Shown here piece after piece: positions 9,623 to 17,900 of a DNA stretch of 32,000 nt (the stretch's first letter is position 1; every line of letters starts with the position of its first letter). A program made the position numbers and the translations under genes. The stretch covers positions 120,001 through 152,000 of the forward strand of contig NZ_PQWO01000008.1 in assembly GCF_003231495.1 (NCBI RefSeq), given 5' to 3'. Under the pieces are notes generated by a model. That model searched no databases and was not told the DNA's origin. It saw only the letters and a list, made by a program, of their open reading frames with translations. The DNA is from Acaryochloris thomasi RCC1774 (lineage in GTDB: Bacteria > Cyanobacteriota > Cyanobacteriia > Thermosynechococcales > Thermosynechococcaceae).

Positions 9623-10327
9623 AAAAAATTCTGCCCCCAGGATGTGGAAAGTTTAATGCAACAAAGAAGGATTCGTTAGAGTCTTGGCTCATTGTAGAGA
9701 CCCTGCCACTGAAAATCTACTCTAGGTAACGCTCAACCTTCCTTTGATCAACAGATTTGTCAACAAAGCTCAAAATTCGGCCCTGGTTAAATTTCACCGG
9801 CAAAGGCGGCACCAGGACTGTTCGAGAGAAAGGACCATCCATTGCCGTAGGCAACGACAATGAAAGTAAGGGAAATAGATAACAGGATCAGTGTCTGAAC
9901 GTCTTAGCAAACTTATCAGGGTTCTAAACAAGTTATACGCAGACCTGATCGCTTTCTTTGATCTATGGGCACAATTACGTAGTAACACTACTTCTACAAT
10001 TAGTGTTTCTAGCTAAGTGCTACCCAGGACTGTCATCAGCCTTCATTAGACAAATGAGCTGCGCTGATGAAGCATCCCCATCTTGCATTGAACCACTTCT
10101 TCGAACCGTCAGATCAATCTGTTGAGTGGTTTCCCCAACAAAATTCATCAGCAATCGCCAAAGAAATCCACAAGATTTTTGGCCAGATTTTCGTCTTTTT
10201 TCATAAGACATAAGGCACACCAAGTTGGTGCTGACTTCTTGCTGCTTCTGAATACTTACTGAGTCTCATTGAGACCGCATATTTTTTCATTTATTTAGAT
10301 CGCTTAAATGCGTAGGTAAATTTTCCT

Positions 10328-10861
10328 ATGATTATTCCGCACGTCAATCTCCTCGGTTTTCTAGCATTATGCTGCTATTTCCTAACACTTTTTCCTACGC
10401 TGGTTAAGATTATCATTCCTCGTTTCAAGCGAGAAAAACTAGTCCTTCTACTACAAAGATATCGACGACAGGTAGGCATACTTGTCTTCTTGCTATCGGT
10501 GGGGCATGGGTTATCTTGGCTGATAATGAACCATAAGGATATTTTTGAACCAAATTTTCTTTGGAATTGTTGGCACGGAATACTGTTATTGGTTATTTTT
10601 GGCCTGTTGGCGGCTACATCTAATAACTGGAGCATAAAGATCATGAAGAAAAACTGGAAGCGACTTCATGCATTGACGTATGTCGCGATGTTTGTGATGG
10701 GTCTACATGTCTGGGATAAAATGTCCATTCGCTGGAGCGTCTTAACACCATTTTCTTTTTGCCTTGTCTTGGCGAGTATCGGTCTGTTCGGAATACGTGT
10801 TTGGATTCAAAGAACAACCAAAAAGCTTAATGTGGATCCGGCCTCTTCCTCATCAGTGTAG
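10328..10861 (+). CDS. Ferric-reductase-like / MsrQ(YedZ)-like heme-b transmembrane protein
   Basis: 177 aa with about 5-6 hydrophobic helices. RRQVGILVFLLSVGHGLSWL and TSNNWSIKIMKKNWKRLHALTYVAMFVMGLHVW match the RR..G...H and W..LH..Y....H pattern of the ferric reductase TM domain. AT-rich gene, ~38% GC in a sampled line. Confidence 0.55.
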   Translation: MIIPHVNLLGFLALCCYFLTLFPTLVKIIIPRFKREKLVLLLQRYRRQVGILVFLLSVGHGLSWLIMNHKDIFEPNFLWNCWHGILLLVIFGLLAATSNNWSIKIMKKNWKRLHALTYVAMFVMGLHVWDKMSIRWSVLTPFSFCLVLASIGLFGIRVWIQRTTKKLNVDPASSSSV

Positions 10862-10929
10862 TTTTCATTACGCCTTGCTCTCGTTTCCAATTTGGTAACT
10901 CCTGAGTAAACAAGATTGAGCGGGCTAGC

Positions 10930-12324
10930 ATGAGGCAACCGAACTGGAACAGAACCATGATTTTTCCTCGCTTGTGCGCCAGCCTGATGGCTATCGCGCT
11001 CACTTTCCTATGGATTGCGCCTCCGGCCCAGGCATTCTGTGGATTTTATGTGGCAAAGGCCGATACCAGTCTCTATAACAAAGCTTCACAAGTTGCGATC
11101 GCACGTGACAACAACCGCACCGTCGTCACCATGGCCAACGACTTCCAGGGCGACATCCAAGACTTTGCGATCGTGGTGCCGGTGCCCACTGTTCTTCAAG
11201 AAGATCAGGTCAATGTGGGCGACCCAAAAATTCTAGAGAAGCTCGATGCCTTTAGCGCGCCTCGTCTTGTGGAGTATTTTGATGACGATCCCTGTCAAAT
11301 CAGACCTGAGTTCGATGGTCGCTTGAGAGTACCCACTAGCGGCATTCAAGAATCTGCCGTGAGTGGTAATCGTTCAGATAAAAGCTTGGGAGTTACGGTT
11401 GAAGCCAAGTTCACGGTAGGTGAATACGACATTGTCGTTCTAGGAGCCAAGGAATCTAGCGGCTTAGAAACTTGGCTGAGGCGCAACGGCTACAAAATTC
11501 CGCAGGGCGCTCAGTCTTTATTACGGCCCTATATTCGCCAAAACATGAAGTTCTTTGTGGCGAAGGTCAATCTTGAGGAGTTTGCCAAATCAAAGACCCA
11601 ATTCCTACGCCCTATCCAGATGGCCTACGAGTCACCGAAGTTCATGCTGCCGATTCGTTTAGGCATGATTAATTCTGAGGGTGAGCAAGACTTAGTGGTC
11701 TATATCCTTTCGCCCAAAGGCCAAGCAGAGCTGACCAATTACCGGACGGTTAATATCCCCACAGACAGCGAGATTCCGGTGTACGTCAAGGAAGAATTCA
11801 ATGACTTCTACCCGGCAATGTTTAAGACGGCCTACGAACGCGAAGGCAAAAAGGTGGTTTTCCGTGAGTATGCCTGGGATATGGCAAACTGCGATCCCTG
11901 TTCATCGACACCCTTAACCCGTGAGGAACTGCGGCAGGCCGGTGTTTTCTGGCTCACGGAGCGCTCCCGCAATAGCTTAGTGGTGCCCCCTAGCTCTACC
12001 GGCGTGTTTATTACTCGTTTGCACGTTCGCTACAGCCGCAATCAGTTTCCTGAAGATCTGAAGTTTCAAGAGACAGCCAATCGTCAGCTTTTTCAGGGGC
12101 GTTATGTTCTGCGTCATCCCTTTGAAGGTGACGTTGATTGTGCTGAAGGACGAAGATATAAACGATCGCTCCCAGCCCGCTTTGAAAAAGAAGCCCAGAC
12201 CCTGGCAAAGCTCACCGGCTGGAATATCTCTGACATCCGCAGCAAAATGGGCTTTGACCAGCCTCAACCGACCCGCTGGTGGAAAAATCTCTGGAACTTT
12301 GTGTTTGATCACCCTGTGGCGTAG
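10930..12324 (+). CDS. Secreted conserved hypothetical protein (DUF2330-like)
   Basis: 464-aa ORF. Signal peptide MIFPRLCASLMAIALTFLWIAPPAQA|FCG begins at the alternative ATG 10957. The mature N-terminus FCGFYVAKAD... resembles DUF2330 proteins as I recall them. Host-like GC, ~58% in a sampled line. Confidence 0.5.
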   Translation: MRQPNWNRTMIFPRLCASLMAIALTFLWIAPPAQAFCGFYVAKADTSLYNKASQVAIARDNNRTVVTMANDFQGDIQDFAIVVPVPTVLQEDQVNVGDPKILEKLDAFSAPRLVEYFDDDPCQIRPEFDGRLRVPTSGIQESAVSGNRSDKSLGVTVEAKFTVGEYDIVVLGAKESSGLETWLRRNGYKIPQGAQSLLRPYIRQNMKFFVAKVNLEEFAKSKTQFLRPIQMAYESPKFMLPIRLGMINSEGEQDLVVYILSPKGQAELTNYRTVNIPTDSEIPVYVKEEFNDFYPAMFKTAYEREGKKVVFREYAWDMANCDPCSSTPLTREELRQAGVFWLTERSRNSLVVPPSSTGVFITRLHVRYSRNQFPEDLKFQETANRQLFQGRYVLRHPFEGDVDCAEGRRYKRSLPARFEKEAQTLAKLTGWNISDIRSKMGFDQPQPTRWWKNLWNFVFDHPVA

Positions 12325-12460
12325 TCTCTTCATGCACCTTAGTTTTGGGATTCTACACGCCTCATGCGATCGCAGTTTCTCTCGTCGCTTGGTTCATCGC
12401 TGCCAAAAATTGACTTCAACCCGTTAAGGTTGAGGTGAGTGTATTCTGCGTTGTGTCACC

Positions 12461-14203
12461 ATGCGGATTGAGTCGCTAAGCGTCAAAAACTTCAAAGGCT
12501 TTGAGGAGCGATCGTTTGAGTTCCCGCATAGCTTCACACTAGTTGTAGGTGAAAATGCTTCTGGTAAGACTTCGATACTAGAAGCAACCACAGTTGCCTT
12601 GCAAAATATGTTCACAAAACTGCAAGGTGTTAATGCTTTGTCTGATAGTGAATTTGGTATTTCTGAAGAGCAGGTGCAGATTCGGAAGGAAGTCTATGGA
12701 AATTCTATTCGCTTTGAGCCTCAGCACCCTTCTTGGGTAGATGCTACCTTTAGTCATTTAGGGGAAAAACTTCAAAGCTATAGCAGTTTTAATACTACAT
12801 CTAAGAATGAGTTCGATGTATATTTTAGCTATAACCACTCAGACAAAAAAATTGTTCATGCAATCGCTGAAGACTTAAGGAATAAAGGAGTTTCTGTATG
12901 GCTAGATGATTGGGAGATATTACCAGGAAGGCCATGGAAGCAGGCTATTAAAGGTGCAATAAAAACTACTAGAAGTGTTGCGGTTTGCATTGGAGAACGT
13001 AGTATTTTAGGATGGCAAGGGGAGGAGCTTCAGTTATTCATAGATGAGTTCTCAAGTCGGAACATACCTATTATTCCAATCTTGTTGCCAAGCGCTTCTG
13101 CAAAAGAAATTGATCTACCTTTATTTCTCAGGAACTTTGCTTGGGTAGATATGCGAAAAGAGGGATATACAACTGATATCCTGAGGCGAATTCATTTGGG
13201 TATCGTCGGTGAGCTAGACCTTAGAGAAAAGTTGCCATTAGCTGATTATCAGACTCAAAATGGAGAGGTTATCCCTTTAGCTGATATTTTTGAGCGAATA
13301 AGTCAGTTTCCCCGCATTCCAATGCCTGTCATCGCTTTCTATAACTCTAATCGTTTACCTCCGAATCAAAAAACTACCCTTTCAGTAAATCGTTCCAAAA
13401 CAGATCTATCCCGACGCTATGGCTATCAGGATTGTCTGAAGGGTAAATTAGCTATTCCAGACATTTTTTCTTGGTTGCGTGACGAACAGTTTTCTGGCTT
13501 GCAAGAAAATACTGAAAGCCTCTTGTTCCAAACAGTGACTTATGCGATGTGTTCATGCATTCCAGGAGCAACGAGCATAGAGTATAGCATTCGGCAGTAT
13601 GATCTGGTTGTTGAGTTTGATAATGGCGATATCAAGCCCTATGGAAGCCTAAGCGATGGTCAGCGCATTATGCTATCTCTTGTCGCTGATATTGCCTATC
13701 GTGCTGCCTGGATGAATCCCCACCTTGAAGATAAAGTGCTGCAGGAAACTGATGGTGTAATACTTATTGATGAACTTGATTTACATCTCCATCCAAAATG
13801 GCAGCGTCGTGTAGTTGACGACCTCAAGCGAACCTTTCCAAAAATTCAATTTATTGTCACCAGTCATTCCCCTTTTATCATTCAGTCTCTTGAGCCGGGA
13901 GAACTGATTGTCCTAGATGATGAACCGCAAATTGAATATGCTAATCGCGGCGTTGAAGAGATTGCCCGGTTTATCCAGGGAGTTGATCAACCTTATACTA
14001 GCCAGCGATATGTGGATCAAAAAGCAGCATCAAAACGTTATTTCTCCCTTCTCCGTGAAGGTCGTTCAGAAGATGACCCTGAACTACTGGAAGCGAAGCG
14101 AAAATTAGATGAGCTAACCGCTCATTACCCTGATAATCCTGCCTCCGATGCGTTTCTAGAAATACAGCGTCTAGCAGCACAGGGGAACAATCACAACGAA
14201 TGA
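12461..14203 (+). CDS. SMC/ABC-type (COG3950, AAA_15/AAA_21-like, PtuA-like) ATPase with an embedded TIR domain
   Basis: 580 aa. N-terminal MRIESLSVKNFKGF...LVVGENASGKTSILEA (Walker A, aa 30-37). TIR-like block at aa ~117-250. ABC signature-like SLSDGQR (aa 396-402). Walker B VILIDELDLHLHP (aa 432-444). H-loop FIVTSHSP (aa 464-471). Confidence 0.85.
   Translation: MRIESLSVKNFKGFEERSFEFPHSFTLVVGENASGKTSILEATTVALQNMFTKLQGVNALSDSEFGISEEQVQIRKEVYGNSIRFEPQHPSWVDATFSHLGEKLQSYSSFNTTSKNEFDVYFSYNHSDKKIVHAIAEDLRNKGVSVWLDDWEILPGRPWKQAIKGAIKTTRSVAVCIGERSILGWQGEELQLFIDEFSSRNIPIIPILLPSASAKEIDLPLFLRNFAWVDMRKEGYTTDILRRIHLGIVGELDLREKLPLADYQTQNGEVIPLADIFERISQFPRIPMPVIAFYNSNRLPPNQKTTLSVNRSKTDLSRRYGYQDCLKGKLAIPDIFSWLRDEQFSGLQENTESLLFQTVTYAMCSCIPGATSIEYSIRQYDLVVEFDNGDIKPYGSLSDGQRIMLSLVADIAYRAAWMNPHLEDKVLQETDGVILIDELDLHLHPKWQRRVVDDLKRTFPKIQFIVTSHSPFIIQSLEPGELIVLDDEPQIEYANRGVEEIARFIQGVDQPYTSQRYVDQKAASKRYFSLLREGRSEDDPELLEAKRKLDELTAHYPDNPASDAFLEIQRLAAQGNNHNE
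12809..13210 (+). other. TIR domain inserted within the ATPase (domain-level feature)
   Basis: FDVYFSYNHSDKKIVHAIAEDLRNKGVSVWLDDWEILPGRPWKQAIKGAIKTTRSVAVCIGERSILGWQGEELQLFI follows the TIR pattern F(D/I)xFxSYxxxD...G..V(W/F)xD......G......I...I..S...(V/I)......S.W...EL. The putative catalytic Glu is retained (E188/E189, codons 13022-13027). Confidence 0.8.
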
Positions 14204-14889
14204 GGCCCGTTGAACGAGGTGATGCCCCTCAAACCTTCAGTGACTATAGAGCAGCTAAACCATTCCTGGTCAACCGTTTGGGAGACTATTGTAGCTATTG
14301 TGAACGCCCCATCAAGACAAATCTGGCTGTTGAACACGTTCGCCCCAAAAATCTCTACCCTGAGCTACGAGAAGACTGGGGTAACTTCTTGTTGGGGTGT
14401 GTAAACTGCAACTCGACAAAAAGCGATAAGGATGTTTCTCGCGACAAAGTTCTACTGCCCGATCAGGACAACACGTTCTTGGCCTACGTCTATACCCGCG
14501 AAGGTCAGGTACTACCTAACCCTCAATTGGGTGACGTGCTTCAAAAAAGGGCTGAAGCAACGCTTGCATTGACGGGTCTGGATAAATTTCCAGATGAGTT
14601 TGATACTGATGCTTCGGGTTCCGCTGCATTGGAAAGATGGCAACAGCGATCGCGAGCGTGGCAGGATGCACAGAATTGCTTTCATGCACTCTCTCAAAAC
14701 GATTCAGAAGAGATACGCAAACTCATCATTGTTGCAGCCCGTAACACGGGTTTCTTTTCGGTATGGATGATCGTTTTCAAGAGTGATCCCATCATGCTTC
14801 AAGCCTTTATTCAAGAATTCCCTGGCACGTCACCCAAATGCTTTGACACAACTGGCAGTCCCATCAACCGTCCAGGCGGGCATCTCTAA
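14200..14889 (+). CDS. HNH endonuclease (PtuB / TIGR02646-like), Cys4 zinc type
   Basis: 229 aa. C31-x2-C34 ... E45-H46 ... N62 ... C67-x2-C70-N71..K74 (CSYCERPIKTNLAVEHVRPK...GNFLLGCVNCNSTKSDK). The start ATG 14200-14202 overlaps the upstream TGA 14201-14203. A purine-rich AGGGGA lies ~14 nt upstream. Confidence 0.85.
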   Translation: MRPVERGDAPQTFSDYRAAKPFLVNRLGDYCSYCERPIKTNLAVEHVRPKNLYPELREDWGNFLLGCVNCNSTKSDKDVSRDKVLLPDQDNTFLAYVYTREGQVLPNPQLGDVLQKRAEATLALTGLDKFPDEFDTDASGSAALERWQQRSRAWQDAQNCFHALSQNDSEEIRKLIIVAARNTGFFSVWMIVFKSDPIMLQAFIQEFPGTSPKCFDTTGSPINRPGGHL

Positions 14890-14927
14890 AATTGCAGTGG
14901 AAAAGAGTGTTGCTGAGGAGAAAGTCA

Positions 14928-17900
14928 CTATCCCTCATGAATCAGGCGCAGCAGCTCATCGGTAGAGATCTTGCCGCTCATCTCTGCTCCTTCCAATAAA
15001 CTATCCGCCAGATCGCGTTTGTGCTGATGGAGATCGACGATTTGCTCTTCAATGGTGCCCTTAGCAACGAGGCGATAAATCGTTACCGGACGCTGTTGCC
15101 CAATGCGGTGTGCCCGATCTGATGCCTGATCTTCCACGGCTGGGTTCCACCAGGGGTCCATATGGATCACGTAATCAGCGGCGGTCAAATTTAGCCCGGT
15201 GCCCCCTGCTTTGAGGCTGATTAAAAAGACATCTCCCTCCCCGGCCTGGAAGGCATTGACGCGCTCCTGACGTTTTTTTGCGGGTGTACTGCCATCTAAA
15301 TATTGGTAGGCAATCTTTTGTTTGTCTAAATACTGTCGCAGAATTTGGAGATGATCCACAAACTGGCTGAATACAAGGGCTTTGTGATGGTTGGCCAGCA
15401 GCTCTGCTAAGGTTTCGCTGAATAGCTGCAGCTTGGCACTCGGAGGTGGAGCTTTGGGGACAACAAGCTGAGGATTGCAGCAGGCGCGACGCAGCTTCAT
15501 GATTTCAGCCAAAACCTGAAGATGCTTGGCTCCGGCTTCGGAATCGCTTTCGGTTAGCTTTGCGATCGCATCCCTCCTCAGCGCTTCATACAGCGCCATC
15601 TCTTCTTGACTCAGCTCCACCTGTAGCGTAATTTCCGTACGAGAGGGCAGCTCTTCTAAAACCTGATTTTTAGTTCGCCGCAACAAGAACGGCTGGATCA
15701 ACTTTTTTAAGCGATGGCGAGCCTGGTGATCCTGATATTTCTCAATGGGTGTAGCAAACCGTTGATTGAAGCGATCCAGCGATCCCAATAGACCCGGATT
15801 AATAAATCGAAAGAGATTCCATAGCTCCCCGAGATGATTCTCAATCGGCGTGCCCGTGGTCAGAATCTTGAACCCAGCCTGGAGATTCATGGCCGCTTGC
15901 GATCGCTTTGTCGCCATATTCTTGATCGCCTGGGCCTCGTCCAGAACAGTGGTTTGCCATTCGACCTTAGCCAGCATCTGAGCCACGTCTTCCTGCTGCA
16001 GAAGACCATAGCTACACACCAATAAATCAAAGGGCTGGAGCTGATCCAATAGCTGCTGTCGGTCACTGTTCCCAAACTGCAGCGGCTTCAGCGTAGGCGC
16101 AAACCGCTGGGCCTCGCTGAGCCAGTTCATCCCCACAGATGTAGGTGCAATCACTAACGTGGGTCCCTGGGGTGCACGAGTGAGAATCACCGCCAGCGCC
16201 TGTAGCGTCTTACCTAAGCCCATATCATCAGCCAAGCAAGCCCCGACGCCCCAGTGAGAGAGTCGCGCTAGCCACTCAAATCCTTCTTCTTGATAATCTC
16301 GCAGCTCTGCCTGCAGCGTTGAGGGAAGTTTCGGCTGAAATTTTTTGACATCCTTCAGTTTTTTGACGTGGGCTTTCCAATGCTTGTCTGCCTTGAGTTG
16401 GCCCACATCATCGACCATATCCTCAAGAGCCACTGCCGTCAGGGGGTGAAAGCGGAGGCCATCCCCCTGTGTTTCAGAGTAGGCCCGCAGCTCATCGAGG
16501 CGCTTGCGAAATTCCTGGGTCAGGGCCACAAACTGGCCGTCGCCAAGGGGGATAAAGCGGCTGGGGGTTTGCTCTAGCAGCTTCAGCAGTGCCTGCATGT
16601 CTAGCACCTCATCGTCAGCAAGCTGCAGTTCACCGCTAGCGGCAAACCAGTCCCGCTGACGCTTGATCTGAAGCTGAAACTGACCGACATCGGCTCGGTG
16701 GCTGACGCGCAGCTTCTCGCCCTCTGGCCACTCCAGGACGATATGGTCACCTAAATCCTGCAGCTCTAGCAATAGCTCTAGACAGTTCTCGGGCTCTTCT
16801 AATAGCCACTCACTCTCTTGGCCCTCGTGTCGAAGCAGCGTCGGGCAGGCCGATATCGCAGTCTTAGACAATTTCCGTTCTTGTTTCAAATCGCGAGTGG
16901 TTTGCAGTCGCCGATCGCCAATTTCAGCAATGACGGTTTCGCCACCGCTGCCGGGTCGATAGTAGGGGCCTCCTTCAGGGAACGGGCGTGAAAAAACCGC
17001 CACCTTGAGACCTTCTCCAGCGGGCAATAGGTGAACATGGGGCGTTGCTTGAGACGGCACCTCTGTCGCACTAGCCACGCCGCCGCCGATATCAGACTGG
17101 ACGGTGACCAGATTAGAGACGGCGTTAATGGCCGCGAGCACCTGCTCCTTCGCTCGTTCCGGCACTGTAAGGCGATTCTTCTGGCCCAGAATCGTGGCAA
17201 TTTGATGATGGTCTGCCTGAATCTTAATCACCTTAAGCCGCGTCGGGGTTTCTTTAATCACTACAATTTCGTCATTTGACTTAAAGTTTGGCGTTAGAGT
17301 CAGCGCTAGTTGACCCGCTTTTTCTTTTTGAATCAGCAGTTCAGGTTCCCCTTTAACGACCTCAATAGGGATGGTAGGGGTCTCTTCCCAGAAAACATAG
17401 GGATGGCCGATGAGAGTTGCGATCGCACACTCTGCAAACCGATACTCAGTTCCGCTGTGGTAGCCATAGGTGGAGTAGGTTTCAATTTGATTGCAAATCC
17501 GCAAATCCTGAGCAGAGAGGTACTCCAACTCACCCGACGGATTCTTATAGAGACGCTTCATGGCAATGGGACGTCCCTTACTCCAGCCTCCCTTTGCACT
17601 CAGCTTTTGCTCACGGGGCTGCAGGGACCAGTTTTTGCCATATAGAGTGATAAACCAAGCCATCCTAAAATCTGAGGCTACGGGAGAGACTGGCTCTTGA
17701 TGGAGCTTGGCCAACGCCTTGAGGCTCATCTCCCAAGGCTCCAGAGTGTGAATAATATTCACGAGCGGTTGAATGCCGCTGCCCTGTCGCAAAATCTCGG
17801 ATTGGGTCTCATAAGTGGCGTCAGGCTCTAGCTTGGCCAGCAGTGACGCCACCTCCATCGCCACCCAGTGATATCCCGATCGCATGGCCTGTTGATAGAG

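Noticed and set aside
9705-9711. GCCACTG heptamer resembling the cobalamin-riboswitch B12 box
   Set aside because: Only 7 nt match. The surrounding conserved riboswitch elements are absent, and it lies more than 600 nt from the nearest downstream + strand gene.
10020-10223. 67-aa minus-strand ORF in the long intergenic gap (also 9794-9988)
   Set aside because: It has a TTG start, no ribosome-binding site, and no recognisable family or hydrophobic/structural pattern. I kept it only as part of the intergenic-gap finding.
11977-12427. 118-aa minus and 107-aa plus ORFs at the 3' end of the DUF2330-like gene
   Set aside because: They are overlapping alternate-frame ORFs within or adjacent to a longer coherent ORF, with no motifs.
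12325-12460. Possible retron ncRNA/RT upstream of the PtuAB-like pair (Ec78-type arrangement); small hairpin TCAACC-N6-GGTTGA at 12416-12433
   Set aside because: There is no reverse transcriptase ORF anywhere nearby. The 136-bp gap is too short and lacks the long inverted repeats of an msr/msd locus. The hairpin is only 6 bp.
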